Below are positions 8,393 to 14,314 of a stretch of 15,137 nucleotides of DNA, in pieces. The stretch comes from a virus. The notes beneath the pieces are model-generated. The model was not told where the DNA came from and ran no database searches. It was given only the letters and a program-made list of their open reading frames with translations. The position numbers were made by a program, and so were the translations under genes. The stretch lies in the IMG/VR virus record IMGVR_UViG_3300010350_000694, positions 1-15,137 of that record; one strand, 5' to 3'. The stretch's first letter is position 1; every line of letters starts with the position of its first letter.

Positions 8393-9136
8393 TTACTTAA
8401 CATTTGTCAAATATGTTTTTGCAGTTTCATTTGTCTTAGGACCGTACTTACCATCTACAGTAACGTGGATTGTAAACTGTACACGGTTGACCGCCTTAAA
8501 GGTCTCGTTTCCGAAATCTCCATCTGCACCATACTTAGGGAGACAACCAGGGCAGATTGCTTCCAGGATAATCTGCATCTTCTTTACTTCAGTCCCCTTG
8601 TCACCCTGCTTGAAATAACCACGAGCAGGAATTGTTGGGAATACGAAATCTATTTTAGGCTCTGTTGTGTAGCGGGGATAACCGTAGCCGCAAATCTTAG
8701 ATGATTTCTTTTTGTATGTATGCTTCTTAACTGCGTTACCGCTATTTCCTTCTACTGTTACGATGCTGTCATTTGTAACTTCAATAACGAGTCCTGTGTG
8801 GGAGAAGTTGTTTAAGAAAACCTGAGCGCCAACCTTAGGCTCTGTACCTGTACAACCCTTTTCTTTGTAGTAGTTGTAGGAATACTTACATCCTGCACCT
8901 GCTGACAGTTTAGGCTGACACAATGTATAAAGAGCCTCTGCTTCATTGGCTGCGTTTACAAGTACGCAGTAATCTACGAAGATATCACACCAAGCTACAC
9001 CCTGCTTCTTTCCATTGTAGAAATCAGGGTAGTTCTTATCGATATATGCTGCGTATTTGGTGATGTTGTTTCCGGTTTCTTTGTAACCGATTTCTGCTTT
9101 TGCTGTTTTTACTACTGCATTTGAATAACAAGACAT
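8393..9136 (-). CDS. Endolysin: N-terminal CHAP domain plus C-terminal PG_binding_1-type domain
   Basis: CHAP signature residues are present: GVAWCDIFV (Cys), FSHTGLVIEV (His), TVEGNSG. The C-terminus GDKGTEVKKMQIIL...YGADGDFGNETFKAVNRVQ...DGKYGPKT matches the peptidoglycan-binding repeat pattern. Confidence 0.85.
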   Translation of the reverse strand: MSCYSNAVVKTAKAEIGYKETGNNITKYAAYIDKNYPDFYNGKKQGVAWCDIFVDYCVLVNAANEAEALYTLCQPKLSAGAGCKYSYNYYKEKGCTGTEPKVGAQVFLNNFSHTGLVIEVTNDSIVTVEGNSGNAVKKHTYKKKSSKICGYGYPRYTTEPKIDFVFPTIPARGYFKQGDKGTEVKKMQIILEAICPGCLPKYGADGDFGNETFKAVNRVQFTIHVTVDGKYGPKTNETAKTYLTNVK

Positions 9137-9140
9137 TATG

Positions 9141-9317
9141 TTAATTCACCAACCTTTCATCCGTCAGTATTTTAGCAGGGTTAGTATCTATGTTTTCTAA
9201 TATAGAACTTGCATCTTTTATTGTATATGGATCTTCGTTTGCGCCTTCAACATAACTTCTATAGATACTGATATAATCCTCAAGTATTGTTTTTAACATA
9301 TCTTTGGTGATTTTCAT
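9141..9317 (-). CDS. Hypothetical 58-aa protein (not in ORF track)
   Basis: My own translation: MKITKDMLKTILEDYISIYRSYVEGANEDPYTIKDASSILENIDTNPAKILTDERLVN. SD AAGGAGG lies 7 nt upstream, and the stop is 4 nt before the endolysin ATG. It is soluble and acidic, so not a holin. Confidence 0.55.
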   Translation of the reverse strand: MKITKDMLKTILEDYISIYRSYVEGANEDPYTIKDASSILENIDTNPAKILTDERLVN

Positions 9318-9342
9318 ATTTAATCCTCCTTATTAGTAAAGC

Positions 9343-9413
9343 GGCGGGCAGTTCATGGGTTGTGCCTAACCCATCGCCGCCCTTCCGGGGCTAACACAAG
9401 GCGTCTGCCCGCC
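9343..9413 (-). ncRNA. 71-nt GC-rich three-way-junction RNA element (5' leader structure or small RNA; strand uncertain)
   Basis: P1 is GGCGGGCAG/CTGCCCGCC (9343-9351 with 9405-9413). One arm is ATGGGTT-6 nt-AACCCAT (9355-9374). The other arm is CGCC+GCCC-TTCCG-GGGC+8-nt bulge+GGCG (9375-9403). The element starts about 8 nt after a consensus -10. Confidence 0.4.
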
Positions 9414-9420
9414 TAACTGT

Positions 9421-9449
9421 ATTATATCATCATTATTTGGTTGCGTCAA
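9421..9449 (-). promoter_or_regulatory. Near-consensus sigma-A promoter (TTGACG-17-TATAAT with TG extension)
   Basis: On the minus strand the -35 TTGACG is at 9444-9449, the spacer is 17 nt ending in TGA, and the -10 TATAAT is at 9421-9426. It overlaps the ATPase stop codon and points into the lysin/head genes. Confidence 0.7.
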
Positions 9450-10500
9450 ATGCTTGTTCGAAAAGTACAAGGCCCAAGTACTCTTCAAACACCATTTTGT
9501 TTTGCAAGTACGCAATCCAAAGTGAGTTATGGTTGTTCATAAAGCGCTTCTTCTCTGCGTAAGATGTTCCGTACTCACGGCAAGTTCCAGTCTTATGTGT
9601 TGATACATAGAATTCACGCCTTGACTTGTGCTGATATATCGTAATGTTAGAGACAGTTACAATTGGTACATACTCATCAAGAGGGCAAGATTTGATTAGT
9701 GCTGACTCGTCTTTATAGAAGCGGTTGTTAAGTGCCATCTGGTTGAATTCACTGTTCTTGTTATCTGTCAGCTTGTAGAGAGCGGTGTGTTTCTTCCTTT
9801 CAGAGATAGGAGAAGCGAAAAGGTGGATCATACAGAGTCCTCTTTTCTCATCAATTGAAAGTGATTTGTGCTTCTCCATCATCTGTTCTGATTTCTTCAC
9901 GATATCAAGCTCAATATAAAGCGGGTTTGCAATGTCATTTGCGTTTGCAAGACAGATTACTTTTACAGGATCACGGCCTTTAATCTCACGGTTACGGTTT
10001 ACGGTCTCAACAAGGTTCAAGAAAGCCGCCGCCTCGTTTTTGATAGGACGCTCGTGCGGTTCTGGTATAAACTCATCGAAGAGAATATATTCTATTTCCT
10101 CGAAGGACATACCACGAAGGTTTGAGAAGGTGGAAAGAGCCGACATATATCCAAATGGCACTCCATCCAGTACAAGCTTCTCTGTATCGTCTTCATATTC
10201 ACAAGTATAAAGGCCCGTTAAATCCTTAGCAACAGATTTGGTGGCAATTGGTGCCACCTTGTTATCCATTTCAAGTGCTTTAAATGGGTTAGTTTCTGTC
10301 TTTGATGTAAGTTCGAATTGGATTTTGGTTCGTCTGAGATATAAAAACGGTTTGTGACTGTCATAAACCATTTTCAACGCTCCGTATGTTTTACCAGTAC
10401 CGCGTCCTCCAACACAAAAAATAAACGGACACTGTCGAGTGACCTTCATAATCTTGGGCCAATCTAAGTATCCGTTATTGTCATATATGTTTATAGCCAT
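9433..10500 (-). CDS. DNA packaging (encapsidation) ATPase, phi29 gp16-like
   Basis: Walker A is GGRGTGKTYG and Walker B is YILFDEF. The ATG at 10500 (MAINIYDNN...) has AAGGA 9 nt upstream and leaves a gp16-like ~29 aa before the P-loop. The track start (TTG at 10542) has no SD. Confidence 0.85.
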   Translation of the reverse strand: MAINIYDNNGYLDWPKIMKVTRQCPFIFCVGGRGTGKTYGALKMVYDSHKPFLYLRRTKIQFELTSKTETNPFKALEMDNKVAPIATKSVAKDLTGLYTCEYEDDTEKLVLDGVPFGYMSALSTFSNLRGMSFEEIEYILFDEFIPEPHERPIKNEAAAFLNLVETVNRNREIKGRDPVKVICLANANDIANPLYIELDIVKKSEQMMEKHKSLSIDEKRGLCMIHLFASPISERKKHTALYKLTDNKNSEFNQMALNNRFYKDESALIKSCPLDEYVPIVTVSNITIYQHKSRREFYVSTHKTGTCREYGTSYAEKKRFMNNHNSLWIAYLQNKMVFEEYLGLVLFEQAFDATK

Positions 10501-10629
10501 ATATAGGTCCTTACTTGTTAAGAGTAAGATACGAGACATCAACCGAAAACGTTGAATGAGGTATCAAGACATATATTAAGCAAAGGAGAATTATGGAAAA
10601 TGATTGATGCCTCATATCTCCTATATATG

Positions 10630-10658
10630 ATTATATCAGGTTAAGTATCCACGGTCAA
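10630..10658 (-). promoter_or_regulatory. Near-consensus sigma-A promoter (TTGACC-17-TATAAT with TG extension)
   Basis: On the minus strand the -35 is at 10653-10658 and the -10 at 10630-10635. The TG of the extension is part of the polymerase TGA stop (10636-10638). A ~120-nt leader follows before the ATPase ATG. Confidence 0.7.
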
Positions 10659-12756
10659 CATATAATTCATATATTTTCATAATTTCGTCGTGGTCCTCAA
10701 TCAATTCATCCAAGTTGTTGAGCAAATCTCTATACGACTTCTCATATCCAAGTTTATATGTTGTAGGCACAAGGCAAGAATTAGATGTTACTTTTACTTT
10801 TCCTGTCTTTCCATAGCAGTCATAAACATTTCTCTCGCCGTAGTCCTCTTTATCGTTATAAATAGGTCTGAGCTTTCCTGCGCTGAATACTGTTCCTTCT
10901 TTGAATGCCTTGATACCTCCAAATTTAACGAGCTCTTTTGCACCATTTTCCTTGGGTACTCCTGATACTGTAAGCTCGATTTTACCATCCATACTATCAG
11001 CATACTTCTTAGCGCCCATTGTAATAAACTTGTCATATGTGCCTTCATATTCATAAGAACCCATATAGTGTGTAACACCCTTGGGATCTGTGGCGTATGC
11101 ACCTGACTTTGTAGACCTGTCAATATAGAACTTATTAAACTCGTCTATTTCTTTTCCATGGTCATTCAGGAACTTAACAGAGTCAGTGTCTGCGTATACA
11201 AAGTCAGCTCCTACAAGGTCAATCAGGCTCTGAAGGTGATATCGTGCCCACGCTGACACCCATACACCCCATCTATAGGGCATAGGACGCTTGCGGCTGT
11301 CGTTATAGTAATTACATACAATCTCTCCATCCTCAGCCTTAAAGCGCTCCTTAAGCTCCTTAGCGTCCTCATCAAAGTATACATCTGAGTTTTCTACACG
11401 CTGGACACTGAGGCCATATACTCCGTTGACTTTGGTTTTAGCTATGCGATATCTATCCTCCATACCTTTAACCTTCTTGAGTGCAGTTTTATCTTTATAA
11501 AGATTTATGATATAATTACGGAGCACTTCAGGGAGATAGTCGTACTTAGATACATAAAGTTCACATATTGACATAGAACTCCAAGTATACTGCTCTTTTA
11601 TTATCTTCCAGTCAATGTCTGTAACTTTGAGCATAATGCGAGCACATTCAATGATACGTCCATTATCGTTGCATCCAAGACCAACCAATCCGAATACTTT
11701 ATCTTTTGAGAGATAAGGAAGAGGCGTCAAATCAGATTTGAGCTTAACGTCGTGAAGCACTGCTGCCATAAGATATGCGTAACCATCACGCTCAAGCTCT
11801 GTGAGGTGGGATTCGCACATATTCATATCAGGTAAGAACGGACTAATCGGGAACTTATCGTTGATCATAACATCCGGGTATGAGCTGGACCTATCCCAAG
11901 AGCTAACCTTGTTGAATATTGAGCCAGCATACCATCTGTTGGCGTGTGTGTTGCCTCCTCTATAAGCATCCTTGAGAAATTCGTAAATTGAGTATGTGTC
12001 AGCCGGGTAGTCATTGTACCTTATATGTTCATACATAAGGCGCTTAACATCTCGTCTGATATAACCTGTGCTAGTGTAAGGCAATGAATAAAGAGTGTCT
12101 CTGTGGTCCTTCATAGCTCTTTCTACTGCTTCACAGAGGCCGTATACATCATTGATACAGTACTTGTATTCCTCATCTGTAAGAGGCGTCCAGCTGAATC
12201 TCTTCTTGGTGTAATCGAAATCATCTACTTCACCATTTTCCTTAGTAGCCTTTGCGTGAGGCAAGCCCTTTGTGACTTCTTCAAGCTTTGTGTTGAAGAG
12301 CGAATAAGAGTCTCTCCACTCGAATGCTCCATAATGTGAATGCGCATAGATAGGATGCTTAGGATCTTTTGAGAAAACATCTGTAAAGCCATTCTTATCT
12401 GTAAACCTGATAAAGCTCTTGATGTAACTGAACTCGTAGTTGAAGTTGTGATCAAAAATCATAAGTGTTCTATCATTGAGTGTTATTGCAAGAACATCCA
12501 TAAACTTTACGAACTCTTCCCAAGTCCTTCCAAGCACAGTGTAATTGAATTCTTTTGACATAATATGGAACTGCCAAATGAACATAACTGAATGCTCTTC
12601 TCCAGGTATCTTAGTTGTTTCTATGTCAAAGGCTGCTATTGCATCAACAAAGATTCTACCTCTCTTCCTCTGTCCTCTCTTACACGTTGCGTTAGGCAAT
12701 GCAGCTACTTCCACATAAGGAAAATTCTTAATTCCATTAAAAACCTTCTCTATCAT
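10636..12756 (-). CDS. Protein-primed family-B DNA polymerase
   Basis: Motifs found: Exo I FDIETT; Exo II YCINDVYGL; motif A SWDRSSSYPD (Dx2SLYP type); motif B KTKVNGVYG (Kx3NSxYG); motif C VYADTDSVKF; KxY GAKKYA. SD AAAGGAG. The ITR genome supports the protein-primed call. Confidence 0.92.
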   Translation of the reverse strand: MIEKVFNGIKNFPYVEVAALPNATCKRGQRKRGRIFVDAIAAFDIETTKIPGEEHSVMFIWQFHIMSKEFNYTVLGRTWEEFVKFMDVLAITLNDRTLMIFDHNFNYEFSYIKSFIRFTDKNGFTDVFSKDPKHPIYAHSHYGAFEWRDSYSLFNTKLEEVTKGLPHAKATKENGEVDDFDYTKKRFSWTPLTDEEYKYCINDVYGLCEAVERAMKDHRDTLYSLPYTSTGYIRRDVKRLMYEHIRYNDYPADTYSIYEFLKDAYRGGNTHANRWYAGSIFNKVSSWDRSSSYPDVMINDKFPISPFLPDMNMCESHLTELERDGYAYLMAAVLHDVKLKSDLTPLPYLSKDKVFGLVGLGCNDNGRIIECARIMLKVTDIDWKIIKEQYTWSSMSICELYVSKYDYLPEVLRNYIINLYKDKTALKKVKGMEDRYRIAKTKVNGVYGLSVQRVENSDVYFDEDAKELKERFKAEDGEIVCNYYNDSRKRPMPYRWGVWVSAWARYHLQSLIDLVGADFVYADTDSVKFLNDHGKEIDEFNKFYIDRSTKSGAYATDPKGVTHYMGSYEYEGTYDKFITMGAKKYADSMDGKIELTVSGVPKENGAKELVKFGGIKAFKEGTVFSAGKLRPIYNDKEDYGERNVYDCYGKTGKVKVTSNSCLVPTTYKLGYEKSYRDLLNNLDELIEDHDEIMKIYELYVDRGYLT

Positions 12757-12758
12757 AA

Positions 12759-13613
12759 TTAAACTCCTTTGTATTTAATTTCTGATTTAATGTATTCACT
12801 AAATTCGTTCTTCTCTCTTACTCCGAAAACAGATCTACCGCCTGCTTTGATTGAGTAAGCCTGATTTATAAGTTTACCTACTTCTACCTCTCCTCTTCCA
12901 CTAATCTGAAACCTGATGAAATTAGTCAAGACATTTTTTGCTTTCCTTGTTGATGTATAACCACCTTCCATTACATCATCCATCATACTCATAATAGCTT
13001 CAGGGTCAGATCCTACATCCACATCTCCTATTCTTCTTTTCAGGTCAGCGAGAAATTCAAAATACTCTCTTGCTGTCTCATCATCGCCTGCTTCTATATA
13101 TCTTCTTACTTCAAGAGGTATTTTTGTTGATTTGATAGCTCTAGTTCTCATACTAGCATTTTCTGCAGCTCTTCTTCTATTACTTGCTTTAAATCCAACA
13201 AGCATATTGCCTTTATATATGGCATCCTCTGACTTAGCAAATCTATCAAGTTCAAGAAAAGCTTTGGCAGCATACTCATTTGATTTTGTGTCAAATACGC
13301 CTGTCTTTATGTCATAGTAATAGTCTCTAACAACATCTCTTCTTTCAGCTTCACTTTCAAAATAATTATGTGTATCTTTTGAGTATGCTTTCTTGTCAGC
13401 TTTACCTGCAGATGTTCTTTTATCAACTGTCTTATTTTCTTTATCGAAATTGAGATTATAGAAGTTCTTACTTAATATCTTATCGTTAATCTCGTAAACT
13501 TCTTCACGCATCTTGCGGTAAAGAAATTCGTCAGCACCTGCCATTGATCTATCAATGCCATATTTATTTGCCAGTTTATTTAAAGCGATTTTTTCTGCTG
13601 AACTCTTTGCCAT
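12759..13613 (-). CDS. Putative terminal protein
   Basis: 284 aa (phi29 TP is 266 aa), highly charged. It lies directly upstream of the polymerase and is translationally coupled to it, with the pol SD inside its last codons and its stop 2 nt before the pol ATG. This is the gene 3 - gene 2 order of phi29. I recognise no diagnostic motif. Confidence 0.55.
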   Translation of the reverse strand: MAKSSAEKIALNKLANKYGIDRSMAGADEFLYRKMREEVYEINDKILSKNFYNLNFDKENKTVDKRTSAGKADKKAYSKDTHNYFESEAERRDVVRDYYYDIKTGVFDTKSNEYAAKAFLELDRFAKSEDAIYKGNMLVGFKASNRRRAAENASMRTRAIKSTKIPLEVRRYIEAGDDETAREYFEFLADLKRRIGDVDVGSDPEAIMSMMDDVMEGGYTSTRKAKNVLTNFIRFQISGRGEVEVGKLINQAYSIKAGGRSVFGVREKNEFSEYIKSEIKYKGV

Positions 13614-13615
13614 AG

Positions 13616-13798
13616 TTAGTCACCTACGATGTAACGATTCACTGAACTTCCATAAACGGAACCTGATTTTAATTTAGTCACTTTATATATTACTTCATCA
13701 AGCGGCAATTCCCTGAGCCATACATCGCAGCCATCATCAATATAGATATAGATGCTGTCTCCATTAATCTCCCATCCAGTAATAATCGGATAATTCAT
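13616..13798 (-). CDS. Hypothetical 60-aa early protein
   Basis: The ATG at 13798 (MNYPIITGWEING...) has GGGAGG 7 nt upstream; the track start at 13813 has no SD. The stop is 2 nt before the TP-like gene. Composition is beta-rich and the function is unknown. Confidence 0.6.
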   Translation of the reverse strand: MNYPIITGWEINGDSIYIYIDDGCDVWLRELPLDEVIYKVTKLKSGSVYGSSVNRYIVGD

Positions 13799-13857
13799 TT
13801 GAGTACCTCCCATTTAGTATTTAAGTTTTGAGTATTTGAGTTTTGAGTAATTTGAGT
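13798..13857. repeat. Array of seven heptad-like units (minus strand ACTCAAA; plus strand TTTGAGT)
   Basis: Perfect TTTGAGT occurs at 13798, 13827, 13835, 13842 and 13851. Degenerate units are at 13813 (TTTAGT) and 13820 (TTTAAGT). Spacing within the six-unit run 13813-13857 is 7-9 bp; the 13798 unit lies 15 bp from 13813 because the SD (13806-11) sits between them. The array abuts the -10 and overlaps the ATG at 13798. Confidence 0.85.
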
Positions 13858-13883
13858 TTATATCAAACTACCCAAAACATCAA
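13857..13883 (-). promoter_or_regulatory. Candidate promoter for the replication operon (TTGATG-15-TATAAA with TG extension)
   Basis: On the minus strand the sequence TGATATAAA places the -10 at 13857-13862, and the -35 TTGATG is at 13878-13883. The 15-nt spacer is short, but the TG-extended -10 could compensate. Confidence 0.5.
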
Positions 13884-13890
13884 TACAAAA

Positions 13891-14016
13891 TTACTTCAAA
13901 TAATTTGTGATGATATCGCGAAGCAATTCACTAATGCTCTTGTGCTCTGTAAATGCACGATCTCTGAGCTTTTCCCACAGCTCAATTTCAATAACAAATG
14001 TTCTTGTAATCTTCAT
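13891..14016 (-). CDS. 41-aa ribbon-helix-helix (CopG/Arc/MetJ-type) DNA-binding protein (not in ORF track)
   Basis: My own translation: MKITRTFVIEIELWEKLRDRAFTEHKSISELLRDIITNYLK. It shows a beta-strand (RTFVIEI), helix A, an HKS turn and helix B, aligning in pattern with 45-aa CopG (RLTITLSESVLENLEKMAREMGLSKSAMISVALENY). SD GGAGG lies 8 nt upstream. Confidence 0.8.
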   Translation of the reverse strand: MKITRTFVIEIELWEKLRDRAFTEHKSISELLRDIITNYLK

Positions 14017-14049
14017 ATGCTTACCTCCTTCCATATAGAACGTATGTTT

Positions 14050-14167
14050 GTTCACACTTTGTTCACACTTTGTTCACACTTTTGGTCACAATTTGGTCAC
14101 AATTTGGTCACAATTTGGTCACAATTTGGTCACAATTTGGTCACAATTTGGTCACAATTTGGTCATA
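14050..14167. repeat. Head-to-tail 11-bp repeat array: 3 x GTTCACACTTT, then 7 x GGTCACAATTT, then a truncated eighth unit
   Basis: Counted directly. GTTCACACTTT starts at 14050, 14061 and 14072. GGTCACAATTT starts at 14084, 14095, 14106, 14117, 14128, 14139 and 14150, all exact. GGTCATA is at 14161-14167. The array is non-coding and ends 33 nt from the RHH ATG. Confidence 0.97.
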
Positions 14168-14173
14168 GGTTGC

Positions 14174-14206
14174 GGCCCATAAGGGCCAGGGTCATATGGC
14201 CCTGGC
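14174..14206 (-). other. GC-rich mutually exclusive hairpins between the 28-aa ORF and the 11-mer array
   Basis: GGCCC (14174-78) or GGCCC (14198-202) can each pair with GGGCC (14183-87). Alternatively GCCAGGG (14185-91) pairs with CCCTGGC (14200-06). No U-tract follows. Confidence 0.5.
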
Positions 14207-14214
14207 GTCGCCTC

Positions 14215-14223
14215 CTTATATCA
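14215..14223 (-). promoter_or_regulatory. Weak candidate extended -10 element (TGATATAAG) inside the end of the 28-aa ORF
   Basis: It has the same TGATATAA core as the four other minus-strand sites, but no acceptable -35 at 16-18 nt. The predicted +1 falls at the start of the GC-rich hairpins. Confidence 0.3.
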
Positions 14224-14302
14224 AGCCAAATGCCCAAGATAGCAACCAAGCAGCAATAATTAATAGTAAACCAGTTATGCATTTAAACTTTCTATCATCC
14301 AT
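14216..14302 (-). CDS. 28-aa hydrophobic micro-protein (not in ORF track)
   Basis: My own translation: MDDRKFKCITGLLLIIAAWLLSWAFGLI, a charged N-terminus followed by one TM-length segment. A strong SD (AAGGAGG) lies 7 nt upstream, immediately after the stop of the preceding gene. Confidence 0.5.
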   Translation of the reverse strand: MDDRKFKCITGLLLIIAAWLLSWAFGLI

Positions 14303-14314
14303 ATTTACACCTCC

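Noticed and set aside
9343-9413. tRNA
   Set aside because: The size is tRNA-like, but it has only three helices, no T-loop (GTTCRA) or D-loop signatures, and no 7-nt anticodon loop.
10511-10615. 34-aa hydrophobic ORF (MRHQSFSIILLCLIYVLIPHSTFSVDVSYLTLNK) in the ATPase leader
   Set aside because: Only 2 nt separate the GGAG-like element from the ATG, which is too short for a normal SD spacing. I kept it as a possibility only. The imperfect inverted repeat TGAGGCATCAA / TTGATACCTCA in the same leader is also weak.
14050-14167. CRISPR array
   Set aside because: The units are only 11 bp and directly abut each other with no spacers. No cas genes are present.
13798-14167. Complete ParMRC / ParABS-type partition cassette
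   Set aside because: The iteron-plus-RHH architecture resembles parC-ParR, but no actin-like or Walker-type partition NTPase is encoded anywhere in the 15 kb. The RHH protein also has no C-terminal extension that could contact one.
13843-14259. 138-aa plus-strand ORF from the track
   Set aside because: Its open frame comes from the 11-bp repeats (33 bp = 11 codons, giving WSQFGHNLVTI x3). It has no SD, and it overlaps a well-supported minus-strand RHH gene and the 28-aa ORF.
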